In this document: positions 1-8,452 of the stretch, piece by piece
How positions within the stretch are numbered: the stretch's first letter is position 1
Layout of the letters: each line of letters starts with the position of its first letter
Assembly: GCA_020629695.1 (NCBI GenBank)
Contig: JAHDCV010000006.1
Span: forward strand, 23,003 to 87,002
DNA from: Acidimicrobiales bacterium
GTDB lineage: Bacteria > Actinomycetota > Acidimicrobiia > Acidimicrobiales > SZUA-35
Reading direction: 5' to 3'
Length of the DNA: 64,000 bases
Position numbers and translations under genes: made by a program
Notes under the pieces: generated by a model
What the model saw: only the letters and a program-made list of their open reading frames with translations
Told to the model about the DNA's origin: nothing
The model's database searches: none

Positions 1-1
1 C

Positions 2-337
2 TGGGACTGGTGTTGCGAGGGTGACCCGACCGACCCTCGGGAGGCCATCCTCGGCGCGGCGACCTACCTGACGATCAGCGGGGCAGCCGACGACCTGCCG
101 AGCGCCGTCTTCGCCTACAACCGCTCACAGCGTTACGTCGATGCCGTGCTCGCCTACTCGTCGGTGATGGCGGAGAACGAACTCGCGTTCCGCGGGTATC
201 ACGCCTGGGACGTCTACTACCTCTCGGCGGCCGGGCTGCTCCGATTGGAGCCCGGCTATCTCGAGGCCGAACCCGTCGATGCCGCGGCGTGGGTACGAGC
301 CCATCCGGATGCGCTCGTCGGCCTCGTCGATCCCTGA
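2..337 (+). CDS. Lytic murein transglycosylase-like protein, C-terminal part (5' end outside window)
   Basis: Frame 2 is open from the window edge: WDWCCEGDPTDPREAILGAATYL...AVFAYNRSQRYVDAVL. The 'AI.GAA.YL' and 'AYN.S..YV..V' motifs are typical of SLT/MltB-like lysozyme folds. Confidence 0.7.
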   Translation, partial: WDWCCEGDPTDPREAILGAATYLTISGAADDLPSAVFAYNRSQRYVDAVLAYSSVMAENELAFRGYHAWDVYYLSAAGLLRLEPGYLEAEPVDAAAWVRAHPDALVGLVDP

Positions 338-340
338 GGC

Positions 341-1120
341 TCAGACCTCGACAACCTGCACCCGCTTCAGCCGGTGGTCGTCGGTGAACATCTCCCGGGT
401 CAGGCCGAGCCCCACGACCACCACGTTGATCGCGACCGAGCCGAGGATCAGGAACATGACCGCCGCCTGGACGAGCACGGCATCGACGGGGCGCACCCCG
501 GCGAGGATCAGGCCGGTCATCGTGCCCGGCAGCGAGATCAGTCCGACCGCTTTCGTCGACTCGATCTGCGGGATGAGCGCGGTCCGCAGGGCTCGGCGGA
601 TGAATGGCTGCGCCGCCTCCGCCGAGGTCTGGCCGAGTGCGAGTCGGGCCTCGACGTCGAGCCGGTGATCGCTCAGCTCCGCCACGACGCGCCTCGCCGC
701 CACGACGGTGCCGCCGAGTGCGTTCCCCACGATCATCCCGCCGACCGGTACGACCACCCGCGACTCGAGAGGGAAGACGTCGAGCCCGAACGCGATCGCC
801 AGGGCGACCGCGGTGGACATCGCCATCGCCGTTGCCGCGAGCTTGGTCGCCCCCGGGACCTCGGGGGCACGCCGACCGACGGTGGTCGCCGCGATGGCGA
901 TCATCAGTGCCACCCAGCACCAGGCCAGGACGAGCGGCGCGTCCTCGGCGAGGATGACGAGCAGCACGTAACCGACTGCCACCAACTGGGCGACGGCTCG
1001 CACCGCGGCGATGACCAGATCCCGCTCCAGACGGAGCCCGCGCCGCCAGCTGAGGCCCAGGGCCAGCGCCACGAGGGTGAGCGACGCAGCCAGCCCGAGG
1101 GGTGTGACGTCACCGTCCAT
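341..1120 (-). CDS. fetB: ABC transporter permease, FetB/YbbM (UPF0014) family
   Basis: Multi-TM protein with 'RAVAQLVAVGYVL', 'GMIVGNAL', 'VEARLALG', 'GLISLPGTMTGLILAG'. Start trimmed to ATG at 1120. Confidence 0.85.
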   Translation of the reverse strand: MDGDVTPLGLAASLTLVALALGLSWRRGLRLERDLVIAAVRAVAQLVAVGYVLLVILAEDAPLVLAWCWVALMIAIAATTVGRRAPEVPGATKLAATAMAMSTAVALAIAFGLDVFPLESRVVVPVGGMIVGNALGGTVVAARRVVAELSDHRLDVEARLALGQTSAEAAQPFIRRALRTALIPQIESTKAVGLISLPGTMTGLILAGVRPVDAVLVQAAVMFLILGSVAINVVVVGLGLTREMFTDDHRLKRVQVVEV

Positions 1121-1886
1121 CGGTCGAATCCCCGTCGGATCGCCGGGTGCGCTCGTGATCAGTGGTCTCGTCGTGGTCGAGCGGTTCGGCGTGGAGGTAG
1201 TGATCGATCTCGTGTGGCGTGGCCGGGCGACCATCGACGAGGACGATCCGCCTGGCCGGATCGATCCGGTCGACCTGGTCGAGCTGGTGGGTCACCCAGA
1301 GCACGCTCATCCCGTCGTCGACCAATGCGGCGATCGTCTGCTCCAACTGCCGTGTCGATGCCGGATCGAGTGCGGATGTCGGTTCGTCGAGCAGCAGGAC
1401 GTCAGGCCGGGTGAGCAGGGTTCGCGCCAGACACGCCCGCTGCGCTTCGCCCCCGGAGAGGACCGAGGCGTCGCGGTGGGCCATCTCCGCGGGGAGGGCG
1501 ACCCGCCCCAACTGTGCGGCGATGTCGGCATCCGAGGCCGTTGGTTCGGCGATGCGCAGATTGTCGGCCACCGTTCCTTCGAACATCGTCGGCCGTTGGA
1601 ACACCATGCCCACCCGCCGCCGTAGCGCGAGCGGGTCGATCGTCCTGACGTCGTCACCACGGAACCGGACCGTGCCGGAGCTCGCGATCTCGAAGCGATT
1701 GCAGAGTCGGAGCATCGTCGACTTGCCGGCCCCCGATGGGCCGAGCAGTACGGTCAGCTCGCTCTCGGCGACCGTGGCGTCGAGGTCGTGCAGGATCGTC
1801 CGATCGCCGGCGGTGACGGCCACCCGATCGAATTCGAACAGAACGCCGGGGCCGTCAGGGGCGGTGGAACGGGGGGATTCGGGCAT
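1110..1886 (-). CDS. ABC transporter ATP-binding protein (FetA/YbbL-like)
   Basis: Walker A GPSGAGKS, LSGGEAQR signature, LLLDEPTSALD; GGAGG RBS before ATG 1886; overlaps the permease. Confidence 0.88.
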   Translation of the reverse strand: MPESPRSTAPDGPGVLFEFDRVAVTAGDRTILHDLDATVAESELTVLLGPSGAGKSTMLRLCNRFEIASSGTVRFRGDDVRTIDPLALRRRVGMVFQRPTMFEGTVADNLRIAEPTASDADIAAQLGRVALPAEMAHRDASVLSGGEAQRACLARTLLTRPDVLLLDEPTSALDPASTRQLEQTIAALVDDGMSVLWVTHQLDQVDRIDPARRIVLVDGRPATPHEIDHYLHAEPLDHDETTDHERTRRSDGDSTDGR

Positions 1887-1936
1887 GTGCCTCCATGAAA
1901 CTCCAGCCGGGCCGAGAATCATCCGATACAACGGCC

Positions 1937-2476
1937 ATGACACGCCCCGTGGTACGAGACGCGATGATGCGCATGAAAGACGTCGCGATCGGCGATGTGG
2001 TGTCCCGGACACCTCACGACCGGGAAGGCTGGTTCCAGGTCGGCGTGATCAGCCGGATGTTCGACGGCAAGCTCCAGGTCACCGACGCCGGCGGCGATCT
2101 TGCCGTCTCGGGCAACGACTTCGACCTGATCGGCGTCCAGGTGATCACGGAGCTCGAGCTTCCTCAGGAAGAGATCGTCGACGCCGCCATCTCCGGTTTC
2201 GGTGGCTCGCACGACAAGGACGACAGGGACGACGAGGGCGGGAAGCCCGAGGCGTCGTCGGATCCGAAGCCTGCGACGGAGGCATCGAACGGCGCATCGG
2301 AACGCCCGTCGATCCTCGCCGGGAGCAAGCCGTCCGATGCAGCCGAACCGGCACCCCCGCCCGCGCCGCCGACCTCGCTGGCCCCTCCTGCTTCGTTGTC
2401 GGGAGCGCCGGCAGCGCCACCGGCATCGCTGGCACCCCCGGCGGCGCTGTTCGCCGAGCGGCGACCGACTGGCTGA
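1937..2476 (+). CDS. Hypothetical protein: small beta-rich N-domain plus acidic, Pro/Ala-rich tail
   Basis: Coding-like codon bias; fills the gap between fetA and the exonuclease. No family recognised. Confidence 0.65.
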   Translation: MTRPVVRDAMMRMKDVAIGDVVSRTPHDREGWFQVGVISRMFDGKLQVTDAGGDLAVSGNDFDLIGVQVITELELPQEEIVDAAISGFGGSHDKDDRDDEGGKPEASSDPKPATEASNGASERPSILAGSKPSDAAEPAPPPAPPTSLAPPASLSGAPAAPPASLAPPAALFAERRPTG

Positions 2477-2493
2477 GCGGGCATGATGGCCGG

Positions 2494-3366
2494 GTGATCG
2501 TGCACCTGGTCGACGGAACCTACGAACTCTTCCGGCAGTTCTTCGCGAGGCCGTCGCGTGAGAACGACGACGGCACGGAGATCGCCGCAGCCCGCGCCGT
2601 GGTGCGGTCGGTGATGATGATGCTCGAGGACGGGATCACCCACGTCGGCGTGGCCTGCGACACCGTGATCGAATCGTTCCGCAACGACCTGTACGACGGC
2701 TACAAGGACGGCTCCGGCATCGATCCGGTCCTCTTCGCACAGTTCCCCCTCGTGGAGGAAGGGCTCCGGGCGCTCGGCATCCCCACCTTCTCCATGATCG
2801 AGTACGAAGCCGACGACGGACTCGCTGCCGCAGCGGTCATGGCGGCGTCGGACGATCGGGTCGAGCAGGTCCGGATCTGGACGCCCGACAAGGACCTCGC
2901 CCAGTGCGTGAACGATCGGATCGTCCAGTACGACCGGCGGAACGACAAGCTGATCGACCACGACGGTGTGATCGAGAAGTTCGGGGTGCCTCCGGCGTCC
3001 ATCCCCGACTACCTGGCGCTCGTCGGTGACTCCGCCGACGGGTTTCCCGGGTTGAAGGGCTGGGGCGCGAAGTCGACGGCGACCGTGCTCGCCCGCTACG
3101 GCCACATCGAGGAGATCCCGCTCGCCGCCGGCCAGTGGGACGTCGGGGTGCGCGGTGCGGCGAAGCTCGCCATGAGCCTCGAAGCGGGACTCAGCGACGC
3201 GATCCTGTTCCGGACCCTCGCCACACTCGCGCTGGACGCTCCGACCGTCGCCGATGTCGATGCCCTCGAGTGGACGGGGCCGACCGATCAGCTCGATGTC
3301 GTCGCGGCGAAACTCGAGGCCCGCGATCTCCCCCGTCGGGCCGCCGACGTCCTCGCGTCCCGATGA
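2494..3366 (+). CDS. Stand-alone 5'-3' exonuclease/flap endonuclease (FenA/ExoIX-like)
   Basis: VHLVDGTYELFR, SFRNDLYDGYK, EADD, DKDLAQ, LVGDSADGFPGLKGWGAKS (H3TH). Real start GTG 2494 lies inside the 1219..3366 ORF. Confidence 0.9.
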   Translation: MIVHLVDGTYELFRQFFARPSRENDDGTEIAAARAVVRSVMMMLEDGITHVGVACDTVIESFRNDLYDGYKDGSGIDPVLFAQFPLVEEGLRALGIPTFSMIEYEADDGLAAAAVMAASDDRVEQVRIWTPDKDLAQCVNDRIVQYDRRNDKLIDHDGVIEKFGVPPASIPDYLALVGDSADGFPGLKGWGAKSTATVLARYGHIEEIPLAAGQWDVGVRGAAKLAMSLEAGLSDAILFRTLATLALDAPTVADVDALEWTGPTDQLDVVAAKLEARDLPRRAADVLASR

Positions 3367-3851
3367 TCCGGCCCTATCGGCCCACCGACCGGGCCGAGGT
3401 TCTGCGGATCAACGCGGCCAACGTGCCGGAGGTCGGTCCGCTCGACGACGACAAGCTCGACGTCCTGATCGCCGCCGCATCGGTGTTCCGCGTCGTCGAA
3501 CTCGACGGTGAGGTCGTGGGCCTCTTCATCGGCCTCCCCGAAGGGGCCGCCTATGGCTCGCCCAACTACACGTGGTTCGCCGAACGCCACCCGCGCTTCG
3601 CCTACGTCGATCGCGTTGCGCTGGTCGACACGGCGCGGGGCGGGGGTTGGGGCCCCGCGATCTACCACCAGTTCGAGCAGTGGGCCCGCACGACGGAGCG
3701 GCCGGTTCTGTGTGCGGAGGTCAACGTCGAACCCCCCAACCCTCGTTCGATGCACTTCCACGAGCGATTCGGCTTCGCCGCCGTGGCCGAGACCTCGCCC
3801 TATGGCCCCGGCGAACGGGTCGCCATGGTGGAGAAACACCTCGACATCTGA
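3363..3851 (+). CDS. GNAT family N-acetyltransferase
   Basis: 'YVDRVALVDTARGGGWG' acetyl-CoA motif and 'CAEVNVEPPNPRSMHFHERFGF'; ATGA overlap with the upstream stop. Confidence 0.85.
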   Translation: MIRPYRPTDRAEVLRINAANVPEVGPLDDDKLDVLIAAASVFRVVELDGEVVGLFIGLPEGAAYGSPNYTWFAERHPRFAYVDRVALVDTARGGGWGPAIYHQFEQWARTTERPVLCAEVNVEPPNPRSMHFHERFGFAAVAETSPYGPGERVAMVEKHLDI

Positions 3852-3867
3852 GGTGTGCGGCGGCGGG

Positions 3868-5157
3868 TCAGGTGTCGGACGGGTCGTCGACGTCGGCGCG
3901 CAGTCGGTCCCGCAAGGATCGGGTCGGCGCGGCGTCGTCGGCCGGTTTCCGCAGCGGTGGCCGTCCGGCCTGGGTGCTCGGCGCGCTCGGTACGGCCAGC
4001 TCGTCGCCGGATGTCTCGGGCGCTCGGACCGCCCACGCGGCCAGCCAGGTGGTGAGCGGCACCGAGGCGACGAGCCCGATCGAGCCGACCAGTGTCCGCA
4101 CGATCTCGGTCGCGACGAGCTCGGAGTTGGCCACGTCGGCCCAGCCACGTCCACCGACGACGAACAACAGGAGCAGCGGCAGCGATGCGCCGGCATACGC
4201 GAGCACGAGGGTGTTGACCGTTGCGCCGACGTGGTCGCGGCCGACGCGCATCGCCCGGCTGAAGATCTCGAACCGGGGCATCGACGGATCGGCCGACCGC
4301 AGTTCGAAGGCGAGCGACGCCTGGGTCAGGGTCATGTCGTCGAGCGCGCCGAGCGCCCCGATGACGAGTCCGGCGAGTAGGAGGCCTCGCACGTCGACCG
4401 TGCCGGACGCCGCGGCCAGGTAGAAGGCCTCGTCGGAGGTGAACCCGGTGAACTGGGCCAACGAGATGAACAACCAGCCGAGGGTCGTGGTGAGGGCCAG
4501 GGCGGAGACCGTCCCGAGCAGGGCGACGCTGGTCATCATCGTCACGCCGTGGGTCAGGAACATGGCGATGATGGCGATGGCCGAGGCGGACACCAGGGCC
4601 ACGGCGAGCGGCGGTGTCCCGGCGAGGATGGCCGGCAGCGCGAAGAACCCGAGCACGGCGGCCGAACCGGCCAAGCCGAACAACGCGAGGAAGCCGCGCT
4701 CGCGGCCGAGGAGGATCACCGCCCCGGCGAACAGGATGGCGAGTGTCACGAGGGTCGCGAGGCGTTGGCGGTCGGCGAACGAGTAGCGGACCGGTGCGTC
4801 GAGGCTGGCGCTGCCGGCGACCACGATGTCGTCGCCGGCCTCGAAGATCGTCTGGGCGTCGTACACGGGCGGCAGTTCGAACAGCTGTCCGGCGTCGGGC
4901 CCGTCGAGGACCTCGATCTGGAGGATCTCGCAGGAGATGTCGGGGTTGGAGGCGGCCCGATCCGGTGGGCACTCGAGCCGAGCGGTCACGGTGGCGTCGT
5001 AGAGCTCGGTCCCCTGGTCGATCTGGTCCGGTCGTGCCGGCCACAGCACCAGCGCCGCGACGATGGTCGCGGCGACCAGGAGGCCGACGGCGACCGCGAC
5101 CGGTGTCCGCCACGGGGTCTCGACGGTCTCGTGCGTGTGGCTGTGTCCCGCGCCCAT
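3868..5157 (-). CDS. YibE/F family membrane protein
   Basis: His-rich start MGAGHSHTH; 'IGALGALDDMTLTQAS', 'VGRDHVGATVNTLVLAYAGASLP', 'EIVRTLVGSIGL'. Confidence 0.88.
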   Translation of the reverse strand: MGAGHSHTHETVETPWRTPVAVAVGLLVAATIVAALVLWPARPDQIDQGTELYDATVTARLECPPDRAASNPDISCEILQIEVLDGPDAGQLFELPPVYDAQTIFEAGDDIVVAGSASLDAPVRYSFADRQRLATLVTLAILFAGAVILLGRERGFLALFGLAGSAAVLGFFALPAILAGTPPLAVALVSASAIAIIAMFLTHGVTMMTSVALLGTVSALALTTTLGWLFISLAQFTGFTSDEAFYLAAASGTVDVRGLLLAGLVIGALGALDDMTLTQASLAFELRSADPSMPRFEIFSRAMRVGRDHVGATVNTLVLAYAGASLPLLLLFVVGGRGWADVANSELVATEIVRTLVGSIGLVASVPLTTWLAAWAVRAPETSGDELAVPSAPSTQAGRPPLRKPADDAAPTRSLRDRLRADVDDPSDT

Positions 5158-5209
5158 CGGCGCCGAGGCTACCGGTCAGGACGTCGGCCGTTCGTCGAGG
5201 GTGTTCGCC

Positions 5210-6235
5210 TCAGGGGTCGAGCTTCTTGGCCCGGCTCGGTGCGACTCTCGGCGGCTCGTCGGGCTGTTTCGGATACACCGGCGGCCAGGGTGCGTCCATG
5301 AGACCCGAGGCCCGGTCGGCCCGGTGCATCGCGAGCAGCGGCTCGAGGTCCTGTGGGTGTGCGCCCATGTCGGCCCACGGGTCACCGTCGGCCGCCAGCT
5401 TGGCGGGCACGGTCTCGATCGTGAGTTCATCCGGCACGACGGTCGGGACCTCGTCCCACCGGATCGGCGTCGAGACCTGTGCTCCCACCCGCGGTCGGAC
5501 CGACCAGGTACCGAACACCGTCTTGTGCGGAGCGTTCTGGTTGAAGTCGACGAAGATCCGCTTGCCCCGTTCTTCCTTCCACCAGGCCGCGGTGAGGAGG
5601 TCGGGGCGACGCCGCTCCATCTCCCGGGCGACCGCCACGGCGGCGAAGCGCACGTCGTAGGAGTCCCAGCCCGGTCGGAGTCGGCTGTAGAGGTGGAGAC
5701 CCTTCGAGCCGCTCGTCTTGACCCGCAGATCGATGTCGAGTTCGTCGAACAGCGCCTTCACCTCCAGCGCCGACTCCCGGACCATGTCGAACGTCGTGCC
5801 CGGCGTCGGGTCGAGGTCGATCCGGAGCTCGTCGGTCGTGTCGGGTGTCTCGGCCAGATACGGCCAGACGTGGAAGCCGAGACATCCCATGTTGACCGCC
5901 CACAGGATGTGGGCGAGATCGGCGGCGACCATCGCGTTGGATTCCGTACCGTTGGGGGTCGACACGATCGTGGTCTGCAGCCAGTCCGGTGCACCCTTGG
6001 GCACCCGCTTCTGGAAGAAGTTCTTGCCCGAGGCTCCGTCGGGGAACCGCTGCAGCAGGACGGGGCGCCCACCGATGGCGGCCAGCAGAGGCCCCTCGAT
6101 CTCGCGATAGAAGTCGACCAGGTCGAGCTTGGTCTCGGAGCGCTTGGTGAAGAAGACCTTGTCGGGGTTGGTGATTCGCACGGTGTGACCGTCGATGTCC
6201 AACTCGATCGGTTCGCCCGCGTGCTCGGTCGCCAT
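5210..6235 (-). CDS. Prim-Pol (LigD polymerase-domain, Prim-PolC-like) DNA repair polymerase
   Basis: ITNPDKVFF, LQRFPDG, FFQKRVP, ELRIDLDP, KTSGSKGLH, WWKEERG, FVDFNQN, and the C-terminal 'PWPPVYPKQPDEPPRVAPSR' tail typical of the PolC type. Confidence 0.9.
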   Translation of the reverse strand: MATEHAGEPIELDIDGHTVRITNPDKVFFTKRSETKLDLVDFYREIEGPLLAAIGGRPVLLQRFPDGASGKNFFQKRVPKGAPDWLQTTIVSTPNGTESNAMVAADLAHILWAVNMGCLGFHVWPYLAETPDTTDELRIDLDPTPGTTFDMVRESALEVKALFDELDIDLRVKTSGSKGLHLYSRLRPGWDSYDVRFAAVAVAREMERRRPDLLTAAWWKEERGKRIFVDFNQNAPHKTVFGTWSVRPRVGAQVSTPIRWDEVPTVVPDELTIETVPAKLAADGDPWADMGAHPQDLEPLLAMHRADRASGLMDAPWPPVYPKQPDEPPRVAPSRAKKLDP

Positions 6236-6273
6236 CCCCGGACGGTAGTCGGCCCGCTTCTAGCGTTCGTCGG

Positions 6274-6897
6274 GTGGACACAGCGGATGTGGTGACTCTG
6301 GCCGGTGGTGTCGACGAGCGACTGGCTCGCCAGATCGGGTTCCTCGTCGAGATCGACAAGTTGAAGAACGTCGAACGGATGAGTGTGATCAGCGACGCCT
6401 CCCGCCGGGAGAACACCGCCGAGCACTCGTGGCACCTGGCGATGTGTGCGCTCGTGCTCGCTGACCGGGCCGGGCCCGAGGTCGACATCGGCCGAGCGAT
6501 CCTGATGTGCCTCGTGCACGACATCGTCGAGGTCGATGCGGGCGACACCTACATCTACGCCCCCGACCGCAGCCACAAGGCCGACGCCGAGGCGGCGGCC
6601 GCCGATCGACTCTTCGGTCTGCTCCCCGACGAGCTCGGCGCCGAACTCCGGTCGTTGTGGGAGGAGTACGAGTCCCACGAGACGCCCACCGGCGCCTTCG
6701 CCTACTCGATCGACCGGCTGCAACCGATGCTGCTGAACGCCGTCACCGGTGGCCGGACCTGGACCGAGAACGGCATCCGTCAGAGTCAGGTCCGTGAGAA
6801 GAACCAACCCATCGAGGCCGGCTCGTCCGACCTCTGGATGTTGGCGTCGGGCATCATCGACACCGCCGTCGACGAGGGCGTGCTCGCCCCCGACTGA
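6274..6897 (+). CDS. HD domain phosphohydrolase (HD_3/YfbR-like)
   Basis: EIDKLK, RRENTAEHSWH, VHDIVEVDAGD, LWEEYE, DRLQP. Confidence 0.88.
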   Translation: MDTADVVTLAGGVDERLARQIGFLVEIDKLKNVERMSVISDASRRENTAEHSWHLAMCALVLADRAGPEVDIGRAILMCLVHDIVEVDAGDTYIYAPDRSHKADAEAAAADRLFGLLPDELGAELRSLWEEYESHETPTGAFAYSIDRLQPMLLNAVTGGRTWTENGIRQSQVREKNQPIEAGSSDLWMLASGIIDTAVDEGVLAPD

Positions 6898-6912
6898 GCC
6901 GGCGAGTCCGGC

Positions 6913-7371
6913 TCAGGTCTCGAGCGCCGAGCCGACGGCGACGGCGATCTCGTCGCGCCGAGCCTCCGGGACCTCGTCGTCGGCCGCCACCCCGAGGGCG
7001 TGCACGAAGATGCCCGGTCCCTTCCACTCGGACGGCTGGTCGGCCTGACGAGGGATGACGTGCACGTGCACGTGGCCGTGGTTCGCGGCCTCGGCGAACT
7101 GGGCGATGTAGGTCTTCACACATCCGAGTGTCTCGGTGAGGGCGATCGACACGAGACGAGTGAGCCGGCCCATCTCGGCGGCTTCGTCGGCGGTCAGCTC
7201 GGCAAGGGCGTCGAGGTGACGCCGCAACACGAGGACCGTCCAGCCCTCGACACTCGTGCCGAAGGCGTGCACGACATCCCAGTGATCGGTCCGGTGGATG
7301 GCATCCCACGGCGGGGCCTCACCGCGGTCGCGCCGCTCGATCAGCTCACACGTGTGGCAGTCCGCGCTCAC
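6913..7371 (-). CDS. HIT family hydrolase
   Basis: CHTC zinc motif at the N-terminus and histidine triad HVHVHVIPR; GTG start overlaps the ligC stop (GTGA). Confidence 0.85.
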   Translation of the reverse strand: MSADCHTCELIERRDRGEAPPWDAIHRTDHWDVVHAFGTSVEGWTVLVLRRHLDALAELTADEAAEMGRLTRLVSIALTETLGCVKTYIAQFAEAANHGHVHVHVIPRQADQPSEWKGPGIFVHALGVAADDEVPEARRDEIAVAVGSALET

Positions 7372-8435
7372 GCCCCGAGCACCGCGCTCAGCGGGGACGG
7401 CTGCGGCTCGTCGAGTTGATCGAAGTCGCAGTCGGCGGGGGACTTGTCGTCGCGCCACCGGAGCACCTTGGTGACCTCGCGGAAGCGGCCGCCGAGGGTC
7501 GAGCCGTACTTCACCTCGACCACCCGCTCGCACCGCAGCGGGACCCAGGAATGATCCTTCTGGGCGTTCCAGCGGTGGGGTGCGCCGGGCATCCGGCCGT
7601 CGGCGTGCGCCTCGGCTTCGGCCCACTCCCGCCACGGGTGATCGGTGAGGGCGTTCTCGCCGAGGGGTGCCAGCTCCTCGACCAGTTCAGCTCGCCGCTT
7701 CGCCGTGAAGCTCGCCGCCACACCGACGTGCTGGAGTCGACCCTCCTCGTTGTGCAGGCCGAGCAGGAGCGAACCGACGCCCTTGCCGTCCTTGTGCCAC
7801 CGGAAGCCGGCGACGACGGCGTCGGCCGTGCGGACGTGCTTGACCTTGAGCTGGGTGCGCTTGTTCTCGACGTAGGGGTCGCCGACCGGCTTCGCGATGA
7901 GACCGTCGAGGCCGGCACCCTCGAAGACCCGGAACCACTCGGCGGCGACCGCCGTGTCGTCGGTCGTCGGCGTGAGGTGGATCGGCGGTTCGACGTCGGC
8001 GAGGGCAGCCTCGAGCCGGGCCCGTCGTTCGCTGAACGGGCGCTCGCGCAGGTCCTCGTCGCCGATGGCGAGCAGGTCGAAGGCCACGAATTCGGCCGGG
8101 GTCGTCTCGGCCAGCATGTTGACCCGCGATTCGGCGGGGTGGATGCGCTGCTGGAGTTGGTTGAAGTCGAGGTGGTCGTCGGTGGCGAGGATCAGCTCAC
8201 CGTCGACCACACACCGCTCGGGCAGGTTGGCGATCACCGCGGGGACGATCTCGGGGAAGTAGCGCGTGAGCGGCTTCTCGTTCCGGCTGCCGAGGATCAC
8301 CTCCTCGCCGTCGCGGAAGACGATGCAGCGGAAGCCATCCCACTTCGGCTCGAAGCTCATGTCGTCCCGCTCGGGGATGCCGTCGACCGCTTTCGCCAGC
8401 ATCGGCTTGACGGGCGGCATGACAGGGAGGTCCAT
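7368..8435 (-). CDS. ligC: ATP-dependent DNA ligase LigC
   Basis: PMLAK, EPKWDGFR (adenylated Lys), VVDGEL, AFDLL, EGAGLDGLIAK, KVKHVRTAD, OB domain, RWRDDK. Confidence 0.92.
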   Translation of the reverse strand: MDLPVMPPVKPMLAKAVDGIPERDDMSFEPKWDGFRCIVFRDGEEVILGSRNEKPLTRYFPEIVPAVIANLPERCVVDGELILATDDHLDFNQLQQRIHPAESRVNMLAETTPAEFVAFDLLAIGDEDLRERPFSERRARLEAALADVEPPIHLTPTTDDTAVAAEWFRVFEGAGLDGLIAKPVGDPYVENKRTQLKVKHVRTADAVVAGFRWHKDGKGVGSLLLGLHNEEGRLQHVGVAASFTAKRRAELVEELAPLGENALTDHPWREWAEAEAHADGRMPGAPHRWNAQKDHSWVPLRCERVVEVKYGSTLGGRFREVTKVLRWRDDKSPADCDFDQLDEPQPSPLSAVLGA

Positions 8436-8452
8436 CCCCGGAGGTTAGGACC

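Noticed and set aside
1219-2493. Apparent N-terminal extension making a 715-aa exonuclease
   Set aside because: Overlaps fetA and the 1937 gene; the conserved domain begins at GTG 2494.
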